In this document: piece by piece, positions 1 to 13,472 of the stretch | Numbering within the stretch: the first letter of the stretch is position 1 | Layout of the letters: the number at the start of each line of letters is the position of its first letter | DNA from: Lingula anatina | Taxonomy: Eukaryota > Animalia > Brachiopoda | Direction of reading: 5' to 3' | Assembly: GCA_051362555.1 (NCBI GenBank) | Contig: CM120640.1 | Location: 55,778,788-55,842,787, forward strand | Length of the DNA: 64,000 nt | The notes under the pieces: model-generated | Databases searched by the model: none | What the model was told of the DNA's origin: nothing | What the model saw: the letters and a program-made list of their open reading frames with translations, nothing else | Position numbers and translations under genes: made by a program

Positions 1-112
1 ATCCCTGACAAATTAATTGGTCAACACATTTTAGCTCATGAACCACTGAAATCTAAAACACGTCTTACTACATAGCTGATGTACACATTTATTTCCTATA
101 CCCAATTCTTAC

Positions 113-198
113 CTCCAAACATGAGGGATGAACCCAGGGCATCTTTCTTCACATATAAGGCAGGGCTGTCCTTCATCTACTTCATTGATGACAACTCC
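113..198 (-). CDS. Internal coding exon of a Prickle/Testin/LMCD1 (PET-LIM family) gene, N-terminal Cys-rich domain; gene continues off the left edge
   Basis: Minus-strand exon bounded by tttttccctag| and |gtaaga. It encodes GVVINEVDEGQPCLICEERCPGFIPHVWR, matching the G-x-P-C-x2-C-x3-C-x-G-F-x2-H-x-W-R motif of Prickle3/Testin. Phase 0 start, phase 2 end. Confidence 0.85.
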
Positions 199-758
199 CT
201 AGGGAAAAAGACAAGAAATAAAACTTTAAACACCACAGCACTATTAATGATTTCAGTAATGAGAAAGTTTCTACCTCACATTAGGCCAGGTGGGAGAACT
301 GAATATTTGCTTGTCATGCTTGGAAAATCATCAAAATATTACTGAAATGAAGCTGTAGTTATATTTTGAAATGAAACAGTATTATCATTATTCAGTATAT
401 AATCAAATAATACCATGCAGTAATTTTTTTCAAGAAAAAAAGGAAAAGTTCTGGAAAAATAGGCAAAATAATTTTTTCTGTGTATTCAGCTTCTCATTTA
501 CAGCAAGATGTAACTAGAAGCACATACGAATGTTGACCTGGAATGACCAACCAGGACCTTATATCAGAGGGGATGGTAACCACTGTGTCAACATGTCTCT
601 ACGCTATCAACACATTTGATGGACATAACCTTGAACTAAAAAAAAAAAAGATGATGGGCCATGTTCAGGATGGTCCAAAAACATTGTTGGCTTCAAATGT
701 GTTACAAGATGACAAATTTAAACTAATTTACAAAGAAACTGCATGACTTGAATTTCAG

Positions 759-785
759 TCTCTCTCTCTCTCTCTCTCTCTCTCT
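759..785. repeat. (TC)n microsatellite
   Basis: Seen directly. Confidence 0.95.
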
Positions 786-1196
786 GTACATCTTCATCAA
801 TCAGTAATTTAGACATCTAACTCACAGATGGATCCATGTGAGTTTATTGTAAAGCAATCTTTAAATATCTTATAACTATTGAAATGTTCAGCAAAAATTC
901 TTAAACATGGCTTTACAGTTAACACAACACCACTCCATTTGCTTTTCTCCATTTGGGTCAGAAATATTCAGATCCTGGATCCAGTTTATCAGAAAACAAG
1001 GATAGCACACTTCAATAAAAAAAAAGTTAAAATCACATTAGAAATTCTTAAAATGTGACATTTCTGTATTCAAAAAATAAGAATCTGGCTTTTAACCATA
1101 TTACATATGTTTTAAAAAGATTATGTTATTATTGGAACCAATTAGCAATTACCAAATTTGACTAAATAACATCACCACAAGCAAACTAGTTGCATT

Positions 1197-1455
1197 GACT
1201 GCATTCACATTCAAACATCATACCAGTTGGATTGATCCAATTCTGCAAGGGATTCTTGCTAAATTGCATTCAGTGTTATCAGTTTTATTGTCTGACACAC
1301 CTCCCTGAGTAGCTAATTAAATAGTTAATTACCCCCTACCAACTTGAGAAGGCATGTCAGACATTTATAGTAAGCCAATTACAGTGATTGCACTTAGGGA
1401 GAATCTCCAGTAGAGTTGGATCGGTCCAGCTGGTATGATGGGTTTATCTGAACAC
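1197..1455. mobile_element. Fold-back MITE (family with ttaattaccccct core), degenerate copy
   Basis: Inverted arms catcataccagttggattgatccaa / ttggatcggtccagctggtatgatg around a central gttaattaccccct. The same core occurs near 35945, 37142 and 57270. Confidence 0.7.
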
Positions 1456-3555
1456 TCCCATTGAAGTGGATAATCATTCTTAGTATTATTAGCATCACAT
1501 TCAGTGGGTGCTTGCAAAAATACCACTAAGTGTGTGCTCTAGAAGTCTTCCACAGATAGGAACTGCCTTATCAGAACTAGACATTCATTGTATTTTCATG
1601 CAGCTCAATGTGCTATATAATGTAAACACTTCAGTGTACATGTACTATTTTCTGGATCCTCAGCCCACCTGTATGCTTTTGTGTACATTTGTTTTGTATA
1701 TGTGAGTGAACAAAAACGGTTTCCACAATTAACTTCATATTTGTAGTGTAAAATAACATTTGTAAGTTCAAACTGCTTAATTTTTAGTAATCCATTCCAA
1801 AGAAAAAAAAATTTAATTGAATTTGGGATATTTCCAATATAACATCTGTAACTTTACATTGTACCTAAAGGAGTAAAAAAAATATTATTATGCAATTAAG
1901 AAAAGCAAAGTAAAGCTATTTTGCCCTACTCTATATTCATGCCTTTTTACAACAAAACAGTACAGTGCTTGGTGGAATTTCAGTACAATCTCAAATCTTT
2001 TCATCTAATAATAAAGATTAGATTAATATCTTATTGTTGTAAATGGCAAAGCAAGGAGTTACCAGTATAACACCTTGGGCAAACTGAACTGTTGATAGAC
2101 CAATGCCCATTATGGTATACCTGACAAAGTTATAAGCAGAAAAATATAGCCGGCAAGAATGAAGTAAGGGAAAATTACAGGAAAGTCCTGAAAACCATCC
2201 ACATCAAGACAGGGGGCCAGTCTCGGCAGAAGTGATGGTGCCATGTTCTGCTAGTGCTAGACATAGAAATATTGGAGGTAAAAACTTTTTCAATATTAAG
2301 CTGTTGACTGAAGAAAAAATTACTTCATTCTTATAACATAAAACAACTGATGAAATTCTTTTCTGATAGTTGACAAGAACAATTCACACAGAACTTTGAG
2401 AATCAGGGTACCTACATATGATACCATAATAACTGCAGGCAATTTTCTATTCTTCAGCTCAAGTGCAACTGAGAAGATAATTGGTAGGTTGATTGTATGG
2501 CACAATATCAATCACTTGTTCTAAAATGAGTGGAAAAATGACTTTGGTGTAAAAATATACTTTTAAAAATTAGGACATGTTATGTACGCAGAGCACATCT
2601 TATGAAGTCACAATGCAGGCATGATTCAGTTTTCAAACAGCATGTTTTCAGTCAACAGTCAAAAAAAAAAAAAAATCCTATCCTATCCTATGCAAACAAA
2701 AGTATCCAAACTTGGATTTGCCAAAAGCCATAAGGACTATGTTTCAACAAATTTCTGTGCCATTTTTATCATGACCTAAGTTTGTAATGAGGCCAAGGTG
2801 TTTCATGACTTGAACATTTTCTTTTTGAGAATTTTTTTTTTGCTCAGTTTTAAATGTCAGCTGTGGCAGGTAATCTGGGCAGTATGCAGGATGCATTTTA
2901 ATGTTCAACTCCATACTATTTACTTCAATACATTTGCATACACAGATGCTAATAATTTGCCCATAAAAAATTAAGTAGTCAGGGGCATAAACCATACATG
3001 GTCATAAATTGTTAAAGATGTGAAAAATGATGAGATAATCTGGCCTTTCATCAAACCTTGACCATGTATTTATGACCAGAGAGAGGACACCATTATTAGA
3101 GTTCTTTGTTTCTAGTTCCCTACAACTAACAGCATTAATATATTAAATAATTTGGCACTATAAGCATTACCTATGTAAATAATCATGTTAGGACAGTAGT
3201 GAGAGAAGTCAACTGAGCAACTGTACAGTTTCTATCATAACTTACATTAGCACTTCAAATTTTGTTTTTTGTTTAATAAGGTCTCTTATAATGTATATAA
3301 TCTAAAAATATCCACTTTAGTGGGATTTGAATCTTATCTGTAGACTATAATATATTTTTATAAACATAGTAAATTGTTTATGTACTGAGTATGTAAGTGA
3401 CTCATGTTGTTCCTAGAAACATAATAAGATGACAAACTTCATGATTTTTTAAATACTGAAACCATTACTTGCAACACATACATGGCACCAATGTTCAAAC
3501 CAATGGTCTCTGCAATTCTAGCTGTCTATTGTCGCATTTACGGAAAAAGAATGGA

Positions 3556-3820
3556 TGATCTGCGGACTAACTGAACCGTTGACTAAATATGGCTGACCTC
3601 GCATAAAAGCAAGCCTCACAAATCCCCTGTTGGTCTCCCCACCCCCACACACATCATTAAACAGAATAAATCTCAACTTTAATTGCTATGCCCCTGCAGT
3701 GGGGGCATGAGTGGTGGCGGGAGACCATCAAGGAATTAGTTGGCATTGCTTTTAAGTGGGTCGGCTATATTTAGTCCACAGACCTGTTAGTCAGTGGATC
3801 AACTAGTTCTGAATGTGCTC
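3556..3820. mobile_element. Fold-back MITE-like inverted-repeat element
   Basis: Nested inverted arms: gactaaatatggctgacc / ggtcggctatatttagtc, taaaagcaa / ttgctttta, tggtctccc / gggagacca. Confidence 0.6.
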
Positions 3821-6800
3821 TAGTAAGAGAATAACATAATGTGAGTGCATTTAGTTTCCTTAAAACTGTTTCCAACTCTCTTCAGATGGACAAATTAAAC
3901 CTTTAAAAGTTTTTTTTAACTTTGTTAAATTTATGAGACTTTTAAAAATGAAAAACAGGCTGAATGCAATTTAAAATGTAAAAGACGTCTGGATTATACA
4001 TAAATGATAAATGACTATCTGTGGCATTTGTGTTGAGGCCTAGATACTATAATCACTCATTTACCACTGAAAATGTCTTCACCTTTCTCAAAAAAATAAT
4101 CACTTTATTTATCATATTATTCACAAGTAAGTTAAGATGTCCCCCACAGTCACTACAGTCTACATAGGCTTATCATGAGTCTGCATCTGCCTGCAAACTG
4201 TTGGGACTACTATTTATAGCTACAAAGGGATCTTGCTACTGTAAGTAAAAGTGCTTTTGGTTTTATTATACATGTTAATTTTGACGGTAACATTTATATA
4301 TGTGTTTCATAGTAGGCGTTATTGGAAAACCATTATGTAAGGTCGCTGAAATCGATTTATAGATAAGATTTAAAGAAATAACTGACTTATGAATATCAGA
4401 AGCAACCTTGTTCCACAAGTTCGACTATTTTTTAATCATAAAATCCTTACTATGATAAGAAGTTACAATTTATTTCCTCAATTAGCATAAACTTCATGTT
4501 GTTTAAAACAACTGTGCACCCCAGCTGTACTTCACATCCTTAAATAATTACACTGACATAGGAACAATCATTTACACCTTAATGCATCCTATAATTAGTA
4601 ATCAAATGGTCCAAAGACATCACTTCAGACTAACAAAAAGTTTTAATTTCAGCAAAAAAAAAAAAAAAATTCTCACCTGTCTTGCCATTACTTAACCTCC
4701 AATCTCTTTTCCACAACTCATAGGAGTAATTTTTTTCCTTTCTTCTTCATAAGGAGATAAGTCCAAAATCACCTTAAAGTTAACAAGGAACTACGTACAC
4801 ATTGGTAAGTGAACTATGTTATGGACTTAAATGTTTTCTAAGTGAAGGTCTGCCTTCCAACTGTGTTGATTCAACCAGGAAAGAACATATGACTACATGG
4901 AGAGGCCAACCATCACAAGTTCTCTAATCACACATGCGGTCCAACAACATTCACCACCCATATGTATGGGACCTCATCATTCTTAAAAACATGCGGTTAA
5001 CAAATGAGGCCAACAAGAATTAAAAATTGATAAATCTTTGCTAGAAATAAGTCAAGTCCCTAGACAATCTAACTTGGTGTTGTTGCTTTTATGTATGCCT
5101 GAATATTTAGCATAAATCACCTGGAATTGGCAAAATAGCCCATAACTTGGAAGCAAAGTATCCCACAGGACTTGATTATTTTTTTTACTGTGACCTATCC
5201 CTTCCAATGCTGCACTTGCATTACCTAGCATGATAAGCAGCTTTATTATTACTGTCACTAAATCATTCTGCTACTTTACTATTCTGCTGGGAATTAAGAA
5301 AAAGAACAAATGGATTCCAATCTTTCGTCCAGACAAACCACCAATGACGTAGTCCTTCCTGTTTTAATGAAATTAAGAAGCAATTGATGGAGTCTGCAAG
5401 CAGATAATGTGGCGCATCATGCATTCTGCTTCTATGTCCTTCTAATGACCACAGATACCATCACATGTACTGGGAATATTGTATATATTGAATACTTTTT
5501 TCTAAAAGTAGGAGATTGCAACACTAATATTTAAGACACTAATTTAGCATTAACATCAATATAATTGGAGTCAGCTGCCATGCAAGCATGTTGTTTGATG
5601 GCCTGTGCAGTCTTATGCGCTTACATGTACTTAATGTGTTTTGCTGCTTGGTCACATTACAGGTCTGGACTAAAAATAGACATAAAAAAGAAAAACACTG
5701 TCTCGTTTTCTTGCAGCATGTCTTCTAGCTAAATACTTTCATGTATAATAATATAATGAAAATATCATACAAGTCACATAACAGAATAATTTGTTTTTTC
5801 ACTACAAAAGATGGTAACTATGTTACTTTAATTTGTGCAAGTTCTATTGCTCTGGGTATTCATTGATGAGCAATTCAAAAAGAAAATGAGAAATGATTAT
5901 TATATTTGGTTTGAAAATTATGCACCATCACTTGTATCCAAAGTTTCAATGAATGAACATTTAATGCTTTTGTAATACAGAAAACATAATTTGAAGGCGC
6001 TCTTCACTGACTACATGGAATTATTACTTATGAAGATACCAGTATGCTTTACTGATTGTAACTGTCACAATACAAAAAATTCAGATGATGGAGATTTTGT
6101 TATCCACATGAATGCCATGCAATCTGACTGGTATGTAAAACTTTCATGTAGACTTTATAATAGATCAATTGTAATGGGAAAAAAGAAATCCTCTTTATTG
6201 TCTGGGTGACACCTTTCTTTTCTGACTGACTTTGTTAAAGCTCAAACCAAAGAATTGCTTTGAAAAAATCATAACTCAGTAGGTAGTGTTATTATGTTGC
6301 ACTGCATGTATTCTATTCACCAGTGATAAAATCTGTAATCTATTATCAATGAAATGACTTTAGATGCATGTTTTTATAGCCTACTCTGTTTTGCTAGTCT
6401 CACACATAATTGCTGCTAGTATAAATTTGATTCTCTTTACACATGTATTGAAAAGTGACATAAATGTGTAATGCAGCACAACGGTTTACCAAAGAACAGA
6501 AAAAAATGTCATACCATTAAAATTTGATCTTTTGGCAGTACATTGTATTTCAGGTGAAAGATCTTGATACAGGTTATATGCATGCACGTATATTGTCAAA
6601 GTCAGTTGAACTCTAAGGTTAAGTTGATAGCTTTGGTGTCATACCACAATGACAAAGTAAAATGAGTGTTGGTGAAAAACCAGGCCCTTCCTACTTCAAT
6701 AAATCATCTCATCCCTAAAACCTTGTAGACTGTTGCCTATCCCTACAGCTTGCAAGAAATACTAGTAATTTGTCCACTTGTAGAACTATTGCTAATCTAC

Positions 6801-7970
6801 TGTTTTTTCTTAGAAGTATACTAGTTAAAACTACGTATATTTCAACATTTCGAAATTGTAACATTTTCAAAATCTAAATCACTGTTTTAACAAATATACA
6901 TTTCCCTGTTGAAAATTATAATTGTTTATGGTAATTACACATGCACGGCACTTTTTTGAGGTACTTTCACCAGCATGCTTTGTTCTGACTATATTCCTCA
7001 CCCACCCCAAAATTCTCTTATGGTTACCTTTAAGATATCACCAAAAAATCGATACATAATTATGCCAATGGTTTCCTTAACAGTCTATTCATTATATTTG
7101 TATCAATCCTGTGAGCTATAAAAAGACTAAAGAACTAACATCAGGGCACTTCACAGAACTCACACGCGTTGTTTAAACACATGGGCAAATACAATTACAC
7201 ACATCTAACATATGTTAGCCACTTTGGCGTTACCAAGAAACACAGAAAATATCTCAAGTATGATACATATAATGAATTCCTACATCTATTAATAGGTCTA
7301 CTAATGATTCTAAGCAATCGTGTCAAATTTTCATTTGCTTTATGATATCTATGTTTCAATAAAATGATGGAAGAGTTACAATGAAGCTGCCAAAGAAAAC
7401 ATATACTAGTACAATAAAATAATCATCACATTTGGTTTTAAAAATGATTTACATTTCTTTCTATTTCATCGAATTTACCTCAGCCATAAGTCGTGTAAAG
7501 CAAAAAACTTGAGATAAGTGCCTTGTTGTAACCCATATACCTGACAGCTCCAGGCAGTGGCTGTCAGTATGTCTTTTTAGCATTGACTCAACATCAAACT
7601 TGACATATATTACACAACTTAATGTAGTTATTTCTGCTTGTAGATAGAAATTACCAATGCTTTCTTTCTTTCTTTCCAACATACTCAAAAATACTGAACA
7701 TGGAAAATTAAACCTGATATAATAAAGGGAGTATATGCATGAACAAAGTAGATGTAGCAATGATATTTACAATGAAAATTTCTTGAAAAACAAAAAAAAA
7801 AAAATTAATGGAATAAATATATATTGTTTCATCCAAACAAAATCTACTACATCAAACACTATGGGCATAAAACACTGCCCTTATCACTCAAAATCACTCT
7901 ACACAACCATAAACATAATTCACATCTACCAGAAGTGCCCACATACACTGATATATAAACATGAATTTAC

Positions 7971-8018
7971 CTGTATATGATTATTGTTATTTATAGAATA
8001 TTTCCCGACATCACCCAT
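7971..8018 (-). CDS. Probable first coding exon of the Prickle/Testin-like gene (MGDVGKYSINNNNHIQ)
   Basis: ATG in gaaATGG context, 16 codons, ends CAG|gtaaat in phase 0, compatible with the acceptor at 198. A GC-richer leader lies upstream, with a TATTTAAA box near 8590 on the minus strand. Confidence 0.55.
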
Positions 8019-8559
8019 TTCCAAAGTAGTCTGCTGCAGTGTTTTTATTTTATCTACTTTTCAAAATATTTTCTTTGGTACTGTTTCTGTCCTCAGCAGT
8101 ATCAAATGTATCCTAATGTATTTACATGCAGGTAAATACTCCCTTCATCTTACTCGGTATAATCCATCAAAAAATCCACTCCTCTTTAAAAATCTTTAGT
8201 CACAAAATCCTTTGTAAAAAATGACTGTCATACAATCTTTGTCCATCAAAAGGCCTCTCCAACAGAATTAGTCAGATATGATACAGAGGGCACACTTCAC
8301 TTCCAAAGCTCTGCTGGCTGTATTGATTGCACAAGGGTCCTCAAGCATGTAAATGTACTGTGTGTTGCCTGCCCAGTGGCAATTTTTTTTTAATGTCCAA
8401 AGCCGGCTTCTTATGGATGCACGTGCACCTACAAGTACAACTGGCACGTCCCTTCTTACCAGGGCAAAGAACAGGTCCTGTTGTCACACTGCTGAAGGCC
8501 TCAATAACTTATCTCTCTGCATGCTTGTCACACAAAGGCAGTCATCTGAGACAGCTCCT

Positions 8560-8600
8560 GCATATCAAATGACTCAACGCTGGCATTTAAATAGAGCTCG
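8560..8600 (-). promoter_or_regulatory. Candidate core promoter (TATTTAAA box, adjacent AP-1 site TGACTCA) for the Prickle/Testin-like gene
   Basis: Minus strand reads CTATTTAAAT at 8594-8585; tgactca at 8570-8576; about 550 bp upstream of the ATG at 8018. Confidence 0.3.
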
Positions 8601-11108
8601 AGCTCATGTGTCTAATCTCATTCATGAAAAAAGCTACATCCCAGGTATGCTGGTTTTAGGGATAGGCAACCACAGCAATTGTGCACTTTTTGTTTTATAC
8701 AAACCATGTTACAGATGGACCAACAAACTTAAATATAGAATATATCACTTGCTTTTTTTTTCTATTACTGAAAATTGGTATTAAGTTCAATTGCTTTGTC
8801 TTAGTTTTTTACCACATTTTTTTTCTCATTTCCTTTACTTACATTTTTATTACACAGGGTAGGTAACTTTTCCAAGAAAAATCAATGTTTTACTCCCAGT
8901 TAAGTCATCAGACACACTTATTCGTACATGAATAGTGTACAGGTTGAAGAGGACTTTTTATGACATTTTAATGGTCTCTGTGATTCTGGCTACATTGAAA
9001 TTAGAAATAAAACAATAAATGTGAGCCAAAACAAAAACAAGAATTTTGGGAGAATTTTAAAAGTCTAACTGTGTAAACTGTTCATTAACCTTAAAATTTA
9101 GGAATGAATTTGATGAAGTTATACATATTGATATTTTAAAATTATGTATAAATTGTTTATCACTTTTTAGCACAATTTTTCTCAAAAAAAAAAAAAATAA
9201 TAAAGAAGGGTAAGAGGATACAGCAAATTAATCAAGGTATATCAAAATTGTAATTAGATGAGTGAAATTATGCAGGCATACTAGAATTCTGATAACAATT
9301 GTTTTACTTTGGAGCTACTTCATGAACTAATATTAAGACAAAAAGTTAAACACTGATCTATTGTCAGTGCCCCTTGTTCCTTCTAATTGATGCTAACACA
9401 CAGACTATATTTCATACTGTGACTTAAAGCATGATGTCTGGTAATAAGTATAGGTCAGACAGTAGAGCTACAATGGAAGATTGTTTTTTGTACTTTTTTT
9501 TTCACCTGAGGCATTTCTTAAAGTTCAATAAGGGGTAAAATAAATGTTTACACCTAAAGAAATATGCAGCGACCTGACACATTAGATAAGGCAATCCATA
9601 TTATTTAGCTCAAGTGAAAATGTACAACAAACATCTATTCACAGCAACCCAATATAACGGAAAAATCAAGAAACATGATGCATTAAAATATGACTCATAG
9701 AATAAGAGATACTGAAGTGGTCTTTAATAATTATGTTTAAATTAAACTTCAATTCTTATTTAAATCCAAAGATAAGAGATTTTTGTAATATTCTGGATCA
9801 CATTCTGCTCAGTCAATGGCTAACATGGTAATCTGCATTAACCACAAGTAAAATAAGCACAAGACTGCTATTGAGATTTTGGCTTTTTATGTTATCAGAT
9901 TATCATGTTGGACAGAAATTGAGGCCAGTAAACATACTTTCTTGGTACACTTTAACATTATTATAGAGAGAAAAACAAGACCTTATTTCACCTCTGTACT
10001 TAGTGACACTATCACAACATTATCCCATGAGAAACAGCACTAGCTCATTAGATTGCCAACAACTCTCCAATCTTTTCTTCAATCTATAAGCTGCCTATAT
10101 CAATGGAGTCTGAAAGCAATCATTCCCTGGAGATCTCATGGTGTGATTGTGACTTCATCTCCTCTACCACAATGCATAATGAATTCCAGCCCAACTGACC
10201 ATGTCAAGACAAGTACAGAAGTCACACATATCCTAGAACACTATTTATAGACAACAGTTTCTCTTTTATATTTCAACATTTCATCAGTTTGGTAGGTGAC
10301 AGAGATTGAAAACTCTTGTCACAAACTACTATAAAAATTATCACTAAATGAAATATTTCCCTTGGCATGTCCAATTATTCCATGGAAATGATAAGTTTTT
10401 GTTCAGTTTGTGACAAAAGAGTGTTTGACATAAGTCCCTCTTTTAATCCTCAAAAATTATATAGCCATCTCCAAGTCCACTCATGAAATGCATCACACAC
10501 ACACACACACATACACACAGGTTTGTGAGTGGAATTCTTTTAGAATTTTTACGTAACAAAATACTATCTAACAAGACTCAAAAGACTCCAAAGCTGTCAT
10601 TTATCAGGATGATACAAAATAGTTGATAGCTTTGTACAATAAATGCATAGGCTTTTAAAATTGCAGTTTGATATATATCAACCACTGTGACACTATTTTA
10701 TATCATGTAAAAAATATAAGAGGCCCAGAATTCTCCTTATAAAACAACTAAATTTTGGGCTTAGCTTTAATATCAGCTAAATTTGGATAACTGACGGTGT
10801 AAGGGGAATTTTTGGCTATTGGTCTGAGAATGTTTTTTTCACAAACCAGTGGTTGACAAATTGGTACGTCTTAAAACGGTTGCCATTACCACTGTGAGAA
10901 AAATTTAGACTGAAGATGCCTAGAATTTAATTTTAATGGCTTTGTTTCAAGCTGCCCCCCCCCCCCCCAAAAAAAAAAACTTTATGAAACACAATTCATC
11001 AGAACAAAGTGGAAAGTTGCTGATCTTGACTTTCAGACCTAAAATTTTGGTGAACTAACACATGAATGATAATAATGTAGTACCTGATCCAGTTTTTCAA
11101 TGAAATAA

Positions 11109-11353
11109 ACTAGAAAAGCACTCCGAGAGTGCAGACGTCAGCCAAGGCAGCGATTATTGATTATTATTGATTATTGATTGATTATTCATCTGAATCACCA
11201 CTAAAAACTAATCACTTCTATGTTAACCCATTTCCCACCTACCCTTAAAAATTTCATCAAAATCGATCCATAACTTTTTGAGTTATGTTGATGACAAACA
11301 AACAAACAGACAGACAGGCAGAGGTGAAAACATAACCTCCTTGGTGGAAGTAA
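11109..11353 (-). mobile_element. Non-autonomous Helentron-type element (HINE), family A, one core unit
   Basis: One end actag plus hairpin gcactc-cga-gagtgc and degenerate subTIR (gccaagg); other end aacctccttggtggaagtaa; (CAAA)/(GACA) microsatellite near that end. This is the DINE-1/HINE architecture. Confidence 0.75.
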
Positions 11354-11410
11354 TTAACTATCCATCTACAACATATATCTTGTATTATTATAATCTTTAC
11401 ATACTTCTTA

Positions 11411-11927
11411 ACTAGAAAAGCACTCCGAGAGCGCAGACCTCCGCCAAGGCAGCAGTTTTTGATTATTATTGATTATTGATCTGGATCACCACCAAAAATA
11501 ATCATATCTAAGTTAACCCATTTCTGACCTACCCTGAAAATTTCATCAAAATCTGTATATAACTTTTGAAGTAATGTTGATGATTGATTTTTGACTAATG
11601 ATTAATGATTATTGATTGATTATTGATCCGGATCACCACCAAAAACTAATCACTTCTAAGTTAACCCATTTCTGATCTACCCTGAAAATTTCATCAAAAT
11701 CTGGCCATAACTTCTGAAGTTATGTTGATGATTGATTTTTGATTATTGATTATTGATTGGTTATTGATCCGGATCACCACCAAAAACTAATCATCTCTTC
11801 CTTGGCCTACTTCTGACCTACCCTAAAAATTTCATCAAAATCGGTCCATTACTTTTTGAGTTATGTTGATGACAAACAAACAGATAGACAAACAGGGATG
11901 AAAACATAACCTCCTTGGTGGAGGTAA
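11411..11927 (-). mobile_element. HINE family A copy with three internal tandem core units
   Basis: Same termini (actagaaaagcactccgagagcgcagacctccgccaagg ... ccttggtggaggtaa). The unit ggatcaccaccaaaaa...aaatttcatcaaaat repeats three times. Confidence 0.8.
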
Positions 11928-12101
11928 TTAATTTGAAGATCAGGTATAAATTCTCATTTAAGTAGACTACTCATGATTTAGCTTGCATCAAAATGAACAG
12001 AAAGATTTGATTTCAAAATTAATACCAATTTTGACTTGTGGAAATCTTTGGTGAAACTTTTCCCTGGCTAAGTCTGCTATATCCTTATCAGGCATAGACT
12101 T

Positions 12102-12103
<2 letters not shown>

Positions 12104-12154
<51 letters not shown>
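12104..12154. repeat. Poly-T tract (~50 nt)
   Basis: Seen directly. Confidence 0.9.
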
Positions 12155-12155
<1 letters not shown>

Positions 12156-13472
12156 AAATAGGCCCCAGTTAAATATACTTTACCTCTGCATTTTGAACGA
12201 TAATCTGAGGAATGTTGTAAGTATTCATGTCATGGCTTGTCCCAAACATAGTATTATCAGTTAGGAGGAAGTCAAGAGCTCCATTGTGTTTATTTGGCAC
12301 AATTCCCAGGGACATTGTCATAGTGTTGATACAGTGAAGCAGTTACCCCTGAAGTCAAAACATAGAAATTAAATCAAATGTCTCTATAGCAACAGTAACT
12401 CCTTAATTTCCACATGCTGCACTAAACATACACTGCACATATTATGCAGATACTCTCGTTCTACTATTTTTTAAATTTTTTACCTCACCAACATGACATT
12501 AATAACAGGTACAGTACACATGCTCTCTATACATCTGAATCTGAAAGAATACATTCTTGATGAGTGAACTCTTCTGATAGTTCTAATTTGTATTGATGAA
12601 CAGCGAAACGTAATTTAGGCTTTCAAGACTTACCTGATACCTAAAGTATACTGACATGCACAAGCTCATAAAGCTTTGGGATTATAAGTAATTACTCTTT
12701 CAAAATCATTTACCTAAAGTGTCAAATTTATGTCAGCAGTGTTCTACAAATAAATATACCCATAAACCCCATTTGACAATCTGCAGATAAATTCACATGA
12801 CAAAACACAATTTGCTGTATTCATAACCATATGAACCAAAGGAGTGGGGCTGCCTATTTATCTGTTTTTCACTACTAGTACAGTAACATTATTTATTGTA
12901 CATTTATTACCTGACGTCCTTTCCGTATTTTCTTTTGGACATATATCATATAGAATTCCCATTAGGTCAAGACCTAGATGACTCTTAATCCTATATAGCA
13001 TCAGCGCATGTCTTAGGGACATAAACCGCAATATGGAAAAGACATCCCAAAGTATAGCTTAAAACTCTTGTCTCACTTATATTACCAAACTGCATTAAGG
13101 CAGAAACAGTTTTTCCGTCAATATGTCAACAACTGATAACAGCTATCAGCAACCACTTCTGTGATCCTTTTATCTGCTTTGAAATTAAGATCTTTTCTCT
13201 TGACATTCTGATAGAGATTTGTCAAGTGCATATTCCTTTGATAGACAATACTTACTATTCAATAAAAGTATACTAGTACATTGCAGTACAAAATCAATCT
13301 TAGCTTTTACAACCTATAAATACTTACAGATCTATACAAACATCCAGTACTAAGATCAGACTGATCTTGAATGTATCATCACTAAAGCACTATAAAAGTC
13401 CTCTGATTTAAGATGGAAAATAAAACATTGATTCTTTGCATTTAATAAGAGTGTTAAAATCAACATATATAA

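Noticed and set aside
7541-7583. Further candidate first exon (MLKRHTDSHCLELS) for the Prickle/Testin-like gene
   Set aside because: It ends in phase 1, incompatible with the phase-0 acceptor at 198.
8327-8866. Plus-strand ORFs of 81, 143 and 61 aa
   Set aside because: No recognisable motifs or splice support; the region fits better as the leader/promoter of the minus-strand gene.
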